A stretch of DNA of 64,000 bases from assembly GCA_043228905.1 (NCBI GenBank), contig JBHGNT010000009.1, positions 7,502,001 to 7,566,000 on the forward strand, read 5' to 3'. The notes under the pieces are model-generated. The model did not search any database and was not told where the DNA came from. It was given only the letters and a program-made list of their open reading frames with translations. The stretch comes from Azolla caroliniana. Taxonomy: Eukaryota; Plantae; Polypodiophyta. A program made the translations under genes and the position numbers. Positions 37,020 to 51,345 of the stretch are shown one piece after another (the stretch's first letter is position 1; every line of letters begins with the position of its first letter).

Positions 37020-40000
37020 ACAATTTGTATGTTACTAGCCGAATTGCCAAAGGTAGAGTCGGTTTCTATCTTGAATCGGTTGGTAGCCGATTTGGCTTTT
37101 GGCCTGTACGCCTTCGGCTCTCCCTATATGCTAGTCCTTGTGCTCTATGTCAGAGTGACGATCGGCTTCCGGCTCCTTTCCCAAGCAACTAGAAAAGTCT
37201 GAGTTGGTATAACCAACTACGCATGAAGTCTCACTTGGGCCGAATAGGATGCCATAGTCTTTTGTGCCTACCAGATATCTGAGCACATGCTTCACTGTGT
37301 TCCAATGCGTTTGGTCGGGGTTGTGCATGAATCTGCTGACGACTCCTACAACATGGGCTAAGTCCGGTTGTGTTGTAGCCATTGCATATATCAAGGAGCC
37401 GAGGAGCCGACCATCGGTGCATATGGTACCAACTTCATAGTTCCCCCCCCCCAAGACCAAATGTCGGGCAATCCTTCTGAGATAGCCAAAATCTAATTGG
37501 GAGTGGGGTCGAAGCAGATTTTGCCGATTGCATGTTGAAGCACTCTAAGACACATGCAATGTAGTCGGCTTATGACAGAAACTGTTGTCATCGATTCTAA
37601 AGCCGATTATGCATCCCTAAAATGTGTCTTGCCAAACCAAGGTCCTGCATGGCGAACTTCAACCAGAGTTGTTGAACGAGTTCGGCGAGTTGTCCGGCAT
37701 GCCAGCCGGAGAGTAGCGGTGACCCATCTCGACTTGTTTTGGTGAAGAGGCAATTGTCCTCGTCGCTCTTGGAGAATTTGACCGATTGGATGAAGTCGTT
37801 GAACTTCTTGTACCACTACCTCGATGCTTGTTTCAGGCCATAAAGACTCTTCCTGAGTCAATAGACTAGAAGTTCTTGGCCCGGTAGCACAAAGCCTTTC
37901 TACTGCTCCATATAAATCTCCTCCTCAAGGTTACCATGGAGGAATATTGTTTTGACATCTAGCTGGATTAGCTCAAAATCCTCGGCTTCCATGATGCCAA
38001 GCATAAAGCGCAGGGTTGTCATCTTCACCATTACTGAGAATATTTCTTCAAAGTCAACATCGTATTCTTGTCGAAACGCTTTCGCTACTAATCTTGCCTT
38101 GAATTTTGGGTTGGTCGAATCAGACATATCTTTTAGACTATAGACCCACTTGCATGGAAGAGCGCGTCAATTTTTCGGCAATTCAACCAAGTCCTAAGTC
38201 TTGTTTAAGTGGATGGAGTTCATTTCTGACTCCATCGTCAAATGCCAGGTGGCTGAATCAGCTAATGCTGATGCTTCTTCATATGACGTCGTCTCGTCGA
38301 CGTGTATGAAGAAGATCCCAGGAGAGTATCTCTCTAGAGGCTATGGCAATCTCTGATATATGTGTGGTACGACTGGGCTAGTCGGATCGTGTGTCTAGGT
38401 CAGATGGTCTAGGGTTGAAACGTTCGGTTGTGCGAAATCCGTTGGAGTTGATTCGGTACTAGAGGATTCAGCTACTCATGAAGCTAACCTTGTGTTCTGG
38501 TTTGGGTTGTCATGAAGCGCCGACACTTCGGAGAAAGTTACCCTTCAGACTTCAATAGGCCTTTCAACCGTCTTGTGCCTGACCGACTTGTTGAAGACAA
38601 CGTCTGAACTTCGAACAATCTGTCTTTTTTTTGGGTCCTGGAGTCAATATCTGATTTCTCTGTCTGGTCCATAGCCAAGGAAAATGCATTTTGTAGACCT
38701 CAGTTCAAGCTTTCGACAATCGTCTTTCGACACAAGGGTGTACTATGCCGTGCATCCAGAAATCCTCAGTTTGTCATAATTCCACTTCCTGTCGGTTCAT
38801 AATTCCTGAGGTATTTGAAGCTCTGGAGGCCTACTTGGTGGCATATTGATTATTTGTACTATCGTCAATAGTGCCTTTGCCTAGAAGCCATTCGACAATT
38901 TGAAGTGTTGGAGCATAGCAATGATTCGTTCCTGAAATGTCCAATTCATTTGTTCGGCAATTCCATTCTGATTCGGACTATGAGGTACTGTGTATTCATG
39001 TCGAATGTCGCACTGTTGGCTAATTTTGATGAATTCCTCTGATTTTTAGTCTCCTCCATTGTCAGACCATAAGCATTTCAACTTCCGGCCGGACTGATTC
39101 TCCACCATCGGGAGCCATTCCTGAAATATCGAGAACACCCAATCTTTGGTTCTAACTGGGTATGCCCACACCTTACGAGTCAAATCATCGATGAAGTTGA
39201 CGAAGTAGGAGGCATCACCAAGAGACTAGTGTGGCATCGGGCCAAAGACGTTGGAATGGACAAATCGAGTGAAGTCAATTCCCTTGTTTCTACCGTCGGG
39301 TACGAGGTTGCGGCTTGTTTGCCGTATTGGCAGTGCTCGTAGAATTGGTGGGCCGAGAAGGAGAGTTTGGGGATGTATCCAGCTCTGGATAGATGTGTGA
39401 TGCCAACCTTGCTGAGGTGTCTGAGTTAGTTGTGCCATAATGACAACACAGGAATATCAACCAGAAACAAATCACCCTCTCTTAGTGTGATGTATAGCGG
39501 GTACAAGGATTGTACTTTCAGACCTCGAGCAAGCAGAACGTTCCCCCACGGTTGTCTAGGTGCGGAACAATCTCAGCACTCTTCTAAAGCTATGATCATA
39601 AGTGGATCCAAGCAAGGTAGATTAATGGCATCAGAAATAGAAACAGAGAAACAAGACACGACAAGAACGCAAGAGAGAGATGTTGGACATAAGATGAATG
39701 ATATTTTTTAACCAACCACCAAACTAGGTTACAAAGTCAGTTTATATACTGACTGACTTAGGGCAACTTCCCTTCTCACTAATTACATAAATAGCCTAAA
39801 CCTAGTGTGTACAAAAGGAGACAATGTGAATACGTTCATTAGAGACCCACATTCAACACTCCCTTGTAATGGGCGCATACATCGAAATTCTGTAAATCGA
39901 AATAAATGTAAAATACATATTGATACAAAGTTTTCGAACAAATCAAATTTTCATTCGGGTCGGTGAACTTCGAAACACTAAAGGCCGAACTACCCGGGGT

Positions 40001-43000
40001 TGAGGAAGGTAAAGCCGAACTTCGAACTGTCGAAGTCAATTGTTCGAAAACATCCTAAGTGTTCGACTTAATCGGATTGATTCTTCGTTACGTCCATCTG
40101 GTGCTGAAGGGATCGGAATCGATCCACCGAAAGACACTTGGTCATCCCATCTGCGACATTATCGATTGTAGATATCTTCTCGAGGCCGATTTCTCCTAAA
40201 ATTACGCAGTCCCGAACAAAGCTATATCGAACGTCAATGTTCTTCGAGGCGTTGTGATGAACCGTATTTTTCGACAGAGCGACAACATCCTGATTGTCAT
40301 TGTAGACAACTGGAGTCTAGTCGGGTTCAACTTGTCGAAACGTGCAAGCCAACCGACCGAGCCATAAGGCCTCATTCGCCGCATCGGACGCAGCTACGTA
40401 TTTGGCCTTGGTCGTTGATGTGGAAGTGCACTCCTGAAGTTTCGATTTCCACAAGATTTCTCAATTGCCGAACTTAAAGTATCTGGTTGTCGATTTTCGA
40501 CTGTCCACACAACCGACAAAGTTCGAGTCAGTATAGCTTACTACACCTGAGTTGTCGTTCGGGCCGAATAGAATGCCAAGGTCTTTTATGCCCACCAAAT
40601 ATCTGAACACATGCTTTACTACGTTCCAGTGCGATCGGGCAAGGTTGTGTATGAATTTGCTGACGACTCCTACGACGTGAGCAATGTTAGATCATGTCGC
40701 AACCATCGCGTACATCAAGGAGCCGATTGCCAGTGCATACAATACCGACTTCATAATGTCCTGCTCCAAAATGGATGTTGGGTAGTCTTGCTGAGACAGT
40801 CGAATGCTAATGGGGAGTGGGGTCGAAGCAGATTCAGCCAATTGCATGTTGAAGCATTCGAGAACACGTGTAATATAGTCGGATTGGGATAGAAACAATT
40901 GTCTTCGATTTTGATTCCGACTAATCTTCATGCCGAGAATGTGTCTTGCGACCGACGTCCTTCATGGCAAACTTCAACCGTAGTTGCCGAAAGAGTTTGG
41001 CAAGCTCTCCGCGTTGCTGGCCGAAGATTAACATGTTGTCCACGTAGATGATGAGGAAGATGGGTGACCCATCTCAAGTTGTTTTCATGAAGAGACAGTG
41101 GTCTTCATCGCTCTTCGAGAAGGTGACCGATTGAATGAAGTCATCGAACTTCTTCTACCACTATCGCGGTGCCTGTTTCAGGCCGTAAAGACTCTTCCTG
41201 AGTCGGTAGACTAGATGTTCTTGGTCGGGTGTGACAAAGCCTTTTGGCTGCTCCATATAAATTTCCTCCCATGGAGGAATGTCGTTTTGACATCTAGCTG
41301 AATTAGCTCCAAATTCTCGGTTGCCACGACGCAGAGCATAAAGCGGAGGGTTGTCATTTTCACCATTGGTGAAAAAATTTCATCAAAATCGACGCCATAT
41401 TCTAGTCGAAACCCTTTCGCAACTAATCTGGTCTTGAATTTTGGGGTGGCCGAATCAGACGTCTCTTTAATTCTATAGACCCATTTGCATGGAAGAGCAC
41501 GTCGATTCTTCAGTAGTTCGACCAAGTTCCAAGTTTGGTTTGCTCGAATGGAGTTCATCTTGGACTCCATTACCAGATGCCAGGTGGCCGAATCGACAGA
41601 TGTCGATGCTTCTTCGTATGACCTTGGTTCTCTGACGTCCGTAAAGAAGATTCTAGGAGAGTATCTCTCCGGGGGCTGCGACAGTTTCTCGGATCTTCAA
41701 GGTATGACTGGACTAGTCGCATCGGTTGTCGAAGTCGGATGGTTAGAAGCCGAAATATTTGGTTATGCCCAGTCGAATTCTACTGAGTCAGTACTAGAGG
41801 TGTCGGCTGCCCATGAAGCCGATCTTGTGTTGTGTGTTGGGCCTTCGTGAAGGGTTGGCACATCTGAAAAAATTACGCTTTGGACTTCGATCAGGTTTTC
41901 GGCCGATTGATGCATGGTTGACTCATTGAACACTATGTTCGAACTTCAGACGATCTATCTGTGCTCGGGGTCCCAGAGTCGATAGCCAATTTCGTCATTT
42001 GGTCTGTAACCGAGTAAAATGCATTTCTTAGACCATGGTGCAAGTTTGCGGCGATCATCTTTCGGTCTGAGGGTGTATTCCTCACACCCGAAAATCATCA
42101 GCTTATCATAATTCGGCTTGTTGCCGTTCCATAGTTCCTGAGGTATCCGAAGTCATGGAGGCCTACTAGGCAACATATTGATTATGTGTACTGTCATTGT
42201 TATAGTGTATTTCGTACACTACGTGAAAAACGTGTGCGTGATCCGGCGCCGAAAGGCACGACACTGTAAGTAGTGCCTCTGCCCAGAAGCCATTCGATAG
42301 TCCAAAGTGTTGGAGCATGGAAACTATCCTTTCTTGAATTGTCCAATTCATCCACTCGGCAATTCCGTTCTACTCCGGACTGTGGGGTGCCGTATATTCA
42401 CGTCGTATGCCACGTTGTCGGTAGAATCTAACTGATTCTTCATATTTGAACTCTCCTCCATTATCGATCCGAAAGCATTTCAGTTTTCAGCCGGACTCAT
42501 TCTCGACCATAGAGAGCTAATCAGAGAAAATCGAGAACACTCGATCTTTAGTTTTAATTGGGTAAGCCCACACCTTCCGAGTCGAGTCGTCAATAAAGGT
42601 GACGAAATACAAGGCACCACCGAGAGACTGATGTGGCATGGGGTCACAGACATCCGAGTGGACCAAATTAAGGGAAGTCCATTCTCTCTCGATGATGTCG
42701 GATGTGATGCGGCTATTTGTTACCTGTACTGGCAATGCTCGCGGAACTAATGATCAGAGAAGGAGAGTTTAGGGATGTATCCGGCTCTAGATAAATGTGT
42801 GATGCCGACCTTGCTGAGGTGTCTGAGTCGTCCATGCCAAAGTGATGAAACGGGAATGCAACCAAGAATAAGTCACCCTCTCTGAGTGTGACATATAACA
42901 GGTACAACAAGTGTACTTTTGGTCCTCGAGCAAGTAGGAGGTTCCCCCTATGGAGTGTCCACCCTCCTGATGAGAAGTTGGCACGGATGTTGTCTTCGTC

Positions 43001-46000
43001 CAGTTGTCTGACTGAGATCAAAGGACTTGAGAGCTCAGGTACGTGTCAGACATTGTGTAGTACCAATGTAGAGCCCCCTGGAAGGTTGAGCTCTACTGTG
43101 CCGATTCCGATAATCGTACAGTGCTGTGAATTTCCAACTCAAACTAAGTCGGAATGTTGGGCCGAGTATTGCCGAAATTGGGATCGATGAGGTATCACAT
43201 GAAAGGAAGCGCCCGAATCCAAGAGTCATGTGCTCGATTTCTCTGTCATAAGCAGAAATTCTAATTCGACTAGGTTCTCAATGGATAGTATGTTCGGGTC
43301 GCTCGACAGTATTTCGGCCGAAGAGCCGACGTAATTGACCTCCTCATGCCGGTCATTCTTTTGATCAGCTCGCTGAGCCTTTTCGTTTTTAGTCTTGAGT
43401 GCGTGGCAATCGGCTTTGATGTGTCCGGGTTTCTTGCAGTAGTTGCAGACTTGATTATCCTGGGACTTGCTCCGCCGTCGCTGGTTGTTCGGCTGCAGTG
43501 AAGAACCTCTTCCTCGGATGTTCGATCGGTTGGTTGAACCTTGTACTACATACGCGTTATTGGCCGAATAGTTTGCAAATGATTTCCTCCGAGCTGTGTT
43601 AGTCATAATTGTGCTCGTGACTAAGGAGTATTTAACGGCCGTAGTCGATGCATTGCACATGATTGTGACGAAAGTTTCCCACGAAGGGTGGAGACTACTC
43701 ATAAGCAACATTGCTCTTAGTTCATCTTCGATAGTCGTCCCTTGAGCCAAATTTTGGGAACTTAGGCTTTCATACTCGTTGAGGTGTGCCTGGACCAAAT
43801 TGAATTCTTTCATCCGAAGGTTATAGAGGCGCCGTATCAAATATATCTTCATGGCGACGACCTTCTTTCCAAAAGTGTCTGAAAGTATCTTCCATAGTTA
43901 GAAGGCAGTTGAACACGATTGTACCATGAAGTACACAGACTCCGATAGGTGCATCTGAATGGTGGCTCGGATAATTCTGTTGAGCTTCTCCCATTCAAGT
44001 GGCTTGTATCCTTCTGGAGCATTTTCGTTTTCAATGGGGTCGATTTGCCCCTTGACTATTAGATAGTCTTGCATCTACTCCTTCCAAATGTTGAAGTTCG
44101 ATCTGTCAAACTTCCTTAAACTCATCTCTGATGAGTGAGATGTTGATGCCATCTGTGTCGAATTTGGGAGGCTTTGTTCGGGGTTGGCTACGAACAGTGG
44201 TTGGGTGCAGTAGAATGGCTCGCCGAATTCGTTCTAATCGATTTTGAACACAAGTCGAATCTTATTCGAAATTTGGGAGACTCGATCCGAAGTGACTACG
44301 ACTGACTAGCCTAGTCGAGTTGGACCCAAGTATGTCGATTCGATTTCGAATGTTGATTTTCAAGATTTTCGAACACAGAGTATGTGCCGATTATCCAGGT
44401 TCATCTTGCTTCAAGTGACTATGACAATGAGAAGAACAGATTCAGCTAATCTTTCCGAGTGTTTTCTAGCCGAATGAAGCACGGAAGGGGGTTGTTCCTG
44501 GAGCCCAGACAACTACGAGTGATTATGACAAGCGAGTGACTAACGTCAAGTAACCTACTCGATTGTTGTCTAATCCAATGTAGTGCGATTGAGGCAGAGC
44601 TTGTGAAGTGAAATCTCACTCTAAGTGGCTACAATCACAGGAGTGAAGTGCAACCGATTGACTCACTTCAATGGTGATTTAGAACATATTGGCTCACATC
44701 AGTGCAGATTTTGCCAGTGTTTCTCTTTACGAAAAACAATCTTGTAGAGAGTTGCCAACCGAGATCTTCATGGTGTACAAAAGAAGAGTTGTTGATGGAG
44801 ACAAAGTAGACGGCGACAACAAAATCGAGAACACCAAGCTCTGATACTAGATGTTGGGAACGTGGCCGTCTAGGTGTGGAACAATCGAATCTGCACTCTT
44901 CTAAAGTTAGGATCATAAGTGGATCCAAGCAAGGTAGATTAATGGCATCAAAAACAGAAACAAAGAAACAAGACATGACAAGAATGCAAGAGAGAGACGT
45001 TGGGCACGAGATGACCTATATTTTTTAACCAACCACCAAACTAGGTTACAAAGTTAGTTTATATACTGACTGACTTAGGGCAATTGCCCTTCTCACTATT
45101 TACATAAATAACCTAAACCTAGTGTGTACAAAAGGAGACAATGTGAATACGTTCATTAGAGACCCGCATTCAACATGGAGTGTCCACCCTCTTGATGAGA
45201 AGTTGGCACGGATGCCATCTTCATCAAGTTGTCCAACCAAAATCAACGGACTTGAGAGCTCTGGTACATGTAGGACATTGTCTAGTACTAGTGTAGAGCC
45301 ACATGGAAGGTTAAGGTCTACTATGTAGAGCCACATCTTAGTTTTGAGGGTGCGGCAATCGACTTTAACATGTCCAGGTTTCTTGCAGTAATTGCATATC
45401 TGTTTATCTCGAGACTTGCTTCGGCTTCGCGAGTTTGTTGACTTCTTCCTTAGTTGTTCGGACACTTAGCCAAACCTTGTACTACAAAAGCATCCTTAGC
45501 CAAATCATGAACGAATGATCTCCTCCGAGAGTCTTCCGTCAAAATTGAGCTTTTAGATTCAGAGTAACTCACGACTGTTCCGGATGCATTGCACACAGTG
45601 ATGACATAGGTCTCCCAAGAAGGGGGTAGGCTGATCATCAACACAAGAGCTTTCAGCTCGTCTTCAATTGTCATACCCTGGGCTGACAGTTGGGAGTTTA
45701 TGCTTTCATATTCATTTATGTGTGCCTCGACCGAATCAGATTCTTTCATCCAAAGGTTGTAAAGGCTCTAAATCAGATGTATCTTTGTGGCGGCGACCTT
45801 CTCATAAGTGTTTGATAGTGTCTTCCATAGTCCATAAGCAGTCAAACACAATTGCACCATATAGTACATTGATTCAGACATGCGCATCTAAATGGTGGCT
45901 CAAACAATACGGTCAAGTTTCATCCATTCATTCGGCTTGAATTTATCTGGAGTGTCTTTGTTCTCAATCGGATCAATCTGACGTTTGACGATCAAGTAAT

Positions 46001-46530
46001 CTTGCATCTCCTCCTTCTAGAAATAGAAGTTCAATCCGTCAAACTTCCTTAGGCTTATTTCAGATGAGCCGGATGTTGATGCCATCTATGTCAGCTTTGG
46101 GAGGTTCTATCTAGAGTTGGCTATGAATAGTTGTAGGGTGCAATTGATTGGCTCACCCGAATTTGTTCTAGCTAGATTTGGACACGAGCCAATCAGCTTC
46201 GATTATCAGCAGGTTCTGTCTAGAGTGACTACAACCAGTCAACCTATCCTAATTGAACCCAAATTCGCCAATTGATTAGCTTATTGGATTTCGAATGGCA
46301 GTTGGGTACTAAACTTGCTCGGAGTGGCTATGGTGCGTGGAGGGACATAGCCGATTGGTCTTCCCAAATATCACCTAGTTGAATTGAGCACAGTTAACTA
46401 TCAATCCTATTCCAATGCAAATTTAAAGGGGTTGGACTTATATTATGTGTTGCTTGTGCCGGATTTCCATGTCGATCCTGCTTCGGATGACCACAATGAC
46501 GAGAGGGACAAAGCCAATTGGTCTTCCCGG
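37020..46530 (-). mobile_element. Decayed copia host element split by a nested relative (host parts 37020-39548 and 45176-46530)
   Basis: FKARLVAK, QLDVKTIFLHG and GSLIYAMATTQPD (RT) plus integrase on the left. Gag (CNYCKKPGH) on the right. The host reading frame resumes across 39548/45176. Confidence 0.85.
39549..45175 (-). mobile_element. Full-length but decayed Ty1/copia element; LTRs 44852-45175 and ~39549-39858
   Basis: Two similar ~320-bp LTRs starting TGTTGAATG on the - strand, tRNA-iMet PBS TAGTATCAGAGC (44838-44849, TGG>TAG), PPT AAGGGAG at ~39859-39865, and gag CNYCKKPGH, DSGASFH, VHSDVCDP, RT and RNase H in copia order. Confidence 0.92.
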
Positions 46531-48658
46531 ATTTCATCAAGGCGAGAGAGGTCAAATGACAACAAGTACACTCATTTGAACTCTCTCTCCCTATGCTTGT
46601 TGTCATACACACTTGCAAAATCCCTAAAACCAGGTTAAATTGGACATGGACAAAACATACAAATAAATGTTACTTAACAAAAAGGCGTAAATGAAAGAAA
46701 CATTGAAATCTTTTTATTTGAGTGTGCATGAACACGACTGCATTTGATACAAGATACAATAAATATGTGCATGGCTCGAAGTACTCCAACCTAGTTAATT
46801 AAAATAAGACCACATTTATACATGGGCTTAATGTGCCCCTACTATGTTCACCTACAATATTAACTTTTTGACCAGCTACTCCATTGACCATAGTGAACAA
46901 ATTTGTTGACACTTGTTAACACCATGGATAAGACCATGTTCTAAAAATGACACTTCCATGTTGCAACAAAAGAAGAGCATAGAAATATGTTCGTCCAATC
47001 TTAGTTTTGCATTTTAGAAGACCAATTTATGTTAGGGGGTTGAAAGGGACAACATATTCTTCTTTCTTTAATACATATGTCGAGCCATATTGTGTGTCGT
47101 GACTAGAAAAAAAAACTTCTAAGTGGAAGATGTACCACTCTTGCTTTAATTGTTTGTTTATGAATAGGTAAAACAAATGTAAAAAGGTAATGAAATATGT
47201 GAGACCATGTTATGTTGTGATTGATCTTACAAAATGTTATGGTGGTTGGTGACCCATAAATATTCAAGAATTGGTGTTGTCTCCTCCCTTTCTTTAACCA
47301 ATGCCTAGGTTAAAAATGTATGGATATATTAGTTACCCATTGAAACCCCTACAATTGGTGTTCGACATGTAGCAATCGTTTACCAACAAAGCTTCAAGTT
47401 CTTGGGTTCAAGCCCATTCTTTCACCAATGCCTAAGTTTTAAAGGTATATATAATGGTTAAATGTTGAAAACCCTACAATGAGTCTTCAACATGTAATGA
47501 TGGTTAATCAAGAAAGGTGCAAGTTGATGTATTCAACTCCATGGGACAGCACATGGGTTGTTTAAGCTTTGTCATTCACTTTATTTGCCAATTATCCTTC
47601 GTCATCATGTTGGCTTTATTCCTAAATTGTTGCAGAGATTTCCAATAACATCTAGTGCATCATGGGTACAAGCACATCTTCAAGCAAATATGTTTTAGTT
47701 TTGTAGTTCACAAATTTACTCTTGATGATCATAGATTGATGCATGGCTTTTTTTGGTTTCATGGTTAATCTATATAATGGAGGTATCCCTTAGTAAACAT
47801 TTGGGTCATAAATTTATTGTGAAAAATAAAAGTCTTCATTTGCCCAAGGCATTTGATTGACACTATTTTTTTACCAAAAAAACACTCCACACAATATTTT
47901 CTTGCGTTATCCAACTCTAAAACAAGGGACCAAGGTTTTTTTATAGATGATACATTATCAACATTAAAACACTATTGTAGTTGGTTTATGAGAACATGTA
48001 TACTAAATAAACGTAACCCATTTATGAGATAAATGACTCTTAATTACGTGCATCATCCAAATGGGAGAAAATAAGGCGAACGATAATTTCTTTTTTTCAT
48101 CTACCAAGGACTAAATATGTCGAGACACTCTTTGTGACATTTCACATGTAAACACGATAAGATCACTTCTCCAAATAAAATGTTTTTGGCGTAATGCTTG
48201 TCTTATTTGTCATGTGTCTTACTCAATTGTAGGTCATTATGATATCCATGTTGTCAAGGAGCAATAAGATATTCAATGAAAAAAAATTGTGATAGTTAAA
48301 GTGAATGAATTAATTGAAATTGTAATTGCACAAGTCTTAGGCATTGCACATTATGTGAGGGGCTTACACATCCCACTAGTTAAATTGAATGTATTATTGT
48401 TGATAGATTCACGAGTCTACATTAATCAACTTTGTGAAGCGTGTACATTGTAACCTTAAACTTTTGGGTTCAAGTTTTGTGTAATTCTTTTGACATTTGT
48501 TGTATTATTAATGGTCTTCATATTTTTAGTTTGATACCATGCACATAGCAATTCACAAATATAAACAACGTTGTTAGACATTGACTTCCACAACCCAAAT
48601 ATGCCTCATCTACAAAAACCGAAAACTAAAGCTTAACATAGCCAAATTTCATAAACAC

Positions 48659-48882
48659 CATCCACTTGGTCTTAAATTCCCACAACCCAAATAATCCTTT
48701 ATTTCTACCTTAAACTGAAGCTTGATATTGGTGATTTCCCCAAATAAATTTCATCTAAAAAAAAACCATAAACATCATCCACTTGGTCTTAAATTCCCAC
48801 AACCCAAATAATCCTTTATTTCTACCTTAAACTGAAGCTTGATATTGGTGATTTCCCCAAATAAATTTCATCTAAAAAAAAA
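48659..48882. repeat. Near-perfect 117-bp tandem duplication
   Basis: CATCCACTTGGTCTTAAATTCCCACAACCC at 48659 and 48776. Confidence 0.9.
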
Positions 48883-50559
48883 TCTTAGTAAGTTATGTCT
48901 AACATGGGCAACATTTCCAAATTTAACATGTCTACAAAAACCACAAACTACAACTTGCTTTACACAAATTTGCTTCTTCACATAGTGTTGCTTTTGGGAA
49001 AGCTTGATAACCATGTAGCCAAAAAGATGCATGTGTCAATTTCAACATAAAATTTGGCCAACATATCACTTTGGGGAAAAGTTTATAACTATGACAATTC
49101 AAAATGTTGGTGTCAATTTCAACACAAAAGTCAAAACAACACATCATCAACTTTTCAGACCTACCAATTATCTCAAGATTCAAGCATTTCAATTCTAGAC
49201 TCCCAGAAAGCAAAGTCAAACACGTTTTAGTTAGAAACACTACCTTCTCAACCCCAATATGAGGAAATGTGTGTCATTGATGCTCGTGTTCTTACGCCAA
49301 TACAATGGAAGATAAGGTAGTGAAAAAAGTTGTGACTTTCTAAATGAGAAATATGTTTACACTTGATTTGGATTAATGCAAATGCAAGATATTCATTATG
49401 CGAGAGAAGGAACAAATTGTGTTATGCCAATATATCAAGTAAATATTGATTACTTGAATATCTATCATCCAAGAATGTAAAAAATGATGTCATTTTCCAC
49501 ATTTGTCAACACTCATGTGTAGTTGAAGAAAGTCGAGAAGTTTGGCAAATGTATTCTCTCTTCACAAGCAAGGACATGGGATGAAAATAACATCGATGTT
49601 CACAAGTGCAGTGGCTTGGTAGGAATTTAAAAATCTCACTTAGTAAGGTGTGCACCTTCTTGAAATATATTTCAATCCAACTACATGCCATCAATAAATT
49701 TCTAACCTCCTATTTTGCTTGCAACCATGAATTTATCACTAGGTTCATTCCAACCGTATGTCTTTGATGCCTAAGTGACCACAACGTGTTTGAATTTAAA
49801 CCATGTTTCTTTCCCATTTGAAATTCGAAAACTTATTGAATGAGAAGATATTGGAGAAGATATTGCAATTTTGAAGGGCTTTCCTTCCGGATGCGTCTCG
49901 AAAGTCGCTCTCAATATTTGCTGTCTCTTAAAGTTTGTGAATAGGAATGCGATTTTTCAAAATGTGCTGATGTAAAAAGGTTACAGTGAACTCATGTTCT
50001 TTTCTCTAGCAAAGCAAATTTAAATTAGTACCCATCCACAACTAATGTTTCTGCAACTGATGAATTGATTGTAATGCCAGATATTGTCACACTGGCTTGC
50101 TCCCTAGCCCATTGATGGTTTTCCCGTCGATGTATCGATCACCACGCGAAGTGAGCTCCAATCACACACATAGACACATGTATGTATATGGGACACCCTC
50201 ACAAGTGTAAGGAATCATCCAATTTTAGTTTTGCAACCGACAAAGAAGTGTTTTCGCAATTAGTGACATGTAGAGGATTATGTGCTTTCCACACTCCTTT
50301 GTGGCGAGCACATGTGCCAATGGAAGCCGCGGATCTGGAGGGGTTGGACCCCAGAGATGAATAAACAAAGAACCCGAAACCCGACAAGAAAACCAGAACA
50401 AAATGATCATTGACAATGGGGTGGGTTGGGGTTCTTTTGGTGTGTGTGTGTGTGGGGGGGGGGGTTAGCAAAAAAGAAAAAGAAAACCGAAAGAAAAAGC
50501 AAAAAGCAAACAGAAAGGGGAAATAAAAGGGCGGGAAAAGAAAAAACAAAATGGCGGGA

Positions 50560-50832
50560 AAAATGAGAGGCGGCCGGCGGTCTCCCCCCCCCCACCTAAC
50601 CTTCAGTCGCCGTCAGTCGTGGACGGCAGAGAAGACGGCGTCAGCGTTACTCCCCACCCCCCACCTAACCTTCCTCTTCCCATTTCTTTTCGTTCCGTTC
50701 CCTCTCTCTCTCTCTCTCCCAGCGATGTTATCGACGCCCGAAGTGTGGCCACCGGCCTCCAGACACGTGGAAAAAAGGATCGTCCTGTGAACGTCAAAAG
50801 TCACGGTGCACTGACGGCGTCAGTGTAAAGCG

Positions 50833-50891
<59 letters not shown>

Positions 50892-51345
50892 TATACAGCT
50901 GGCTATGGCGGCTCTGATGCGTTTCCGCGAACCCTAGAACATCATCAGAGCCTTCCCTTTGCCCTTCTTTCTCTCTTCCTTTTGTTTCCCTGTGTCGAAA
51001 CCCTAGTAATCCATCGCCTGCACGAAGCCTTGGATCTCCCCTCTTCCTCTTCCCCTTCCTCTTCTTATGTTTTTTGGTGGCTCTGATGTGTTTTCGCAAA
51101 CGCCAGAAGTCCAATCGCTGTCTCCACTCAGCCTAGGATTCTTCTCCCTATACCTTCTTCTTCGTCTCTGTCCGTCGCCTTCTTTTTGGACACGCGGCTT
51201 CAGTCATCAGGTTTTCTCCGCAATCTGCCTCATGGGAATCTGTCCATCCTGCCATCGACGGTCGCAGAGGACTTGTTGAGTACGGAGGCTTATCCGTATA
51301 CATACACGACCTCCGTTCTCTGCAGAATCTGCAAATCCTCTCCTG
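50560..51345 (+). promoter_or_regulatory. Promoter and non-coding first exon of the ERF gene
   Basis: CpG-rich island, G-box CACGTG (50764), (CT)n tract ~50835-50887, telo-box-like AAACCCTAG (50998) and donor CTG|GTAAGT at 51345/51346. Candidate acceptor CTTAG| at 52705. Confidence 0.6.

Noticed and set aside
42192-42263. Hammerhead ribozyme
   Set aside because: It has stem-loops and GAAA but no CUGANGA core on either strand.
47260-47560. Further tRNA/SINE-like fragments (GGGTTCAAGCCC)
   Set aside because: Only a B-box-like word in a degenerate repeat; the A-box and spacing are unconvincing.
49200-50200. Transposase remnant on the - strand (VRNLLMACSWIE)
   Set aside because: Too short and degenerate to assign, and no termini were found.
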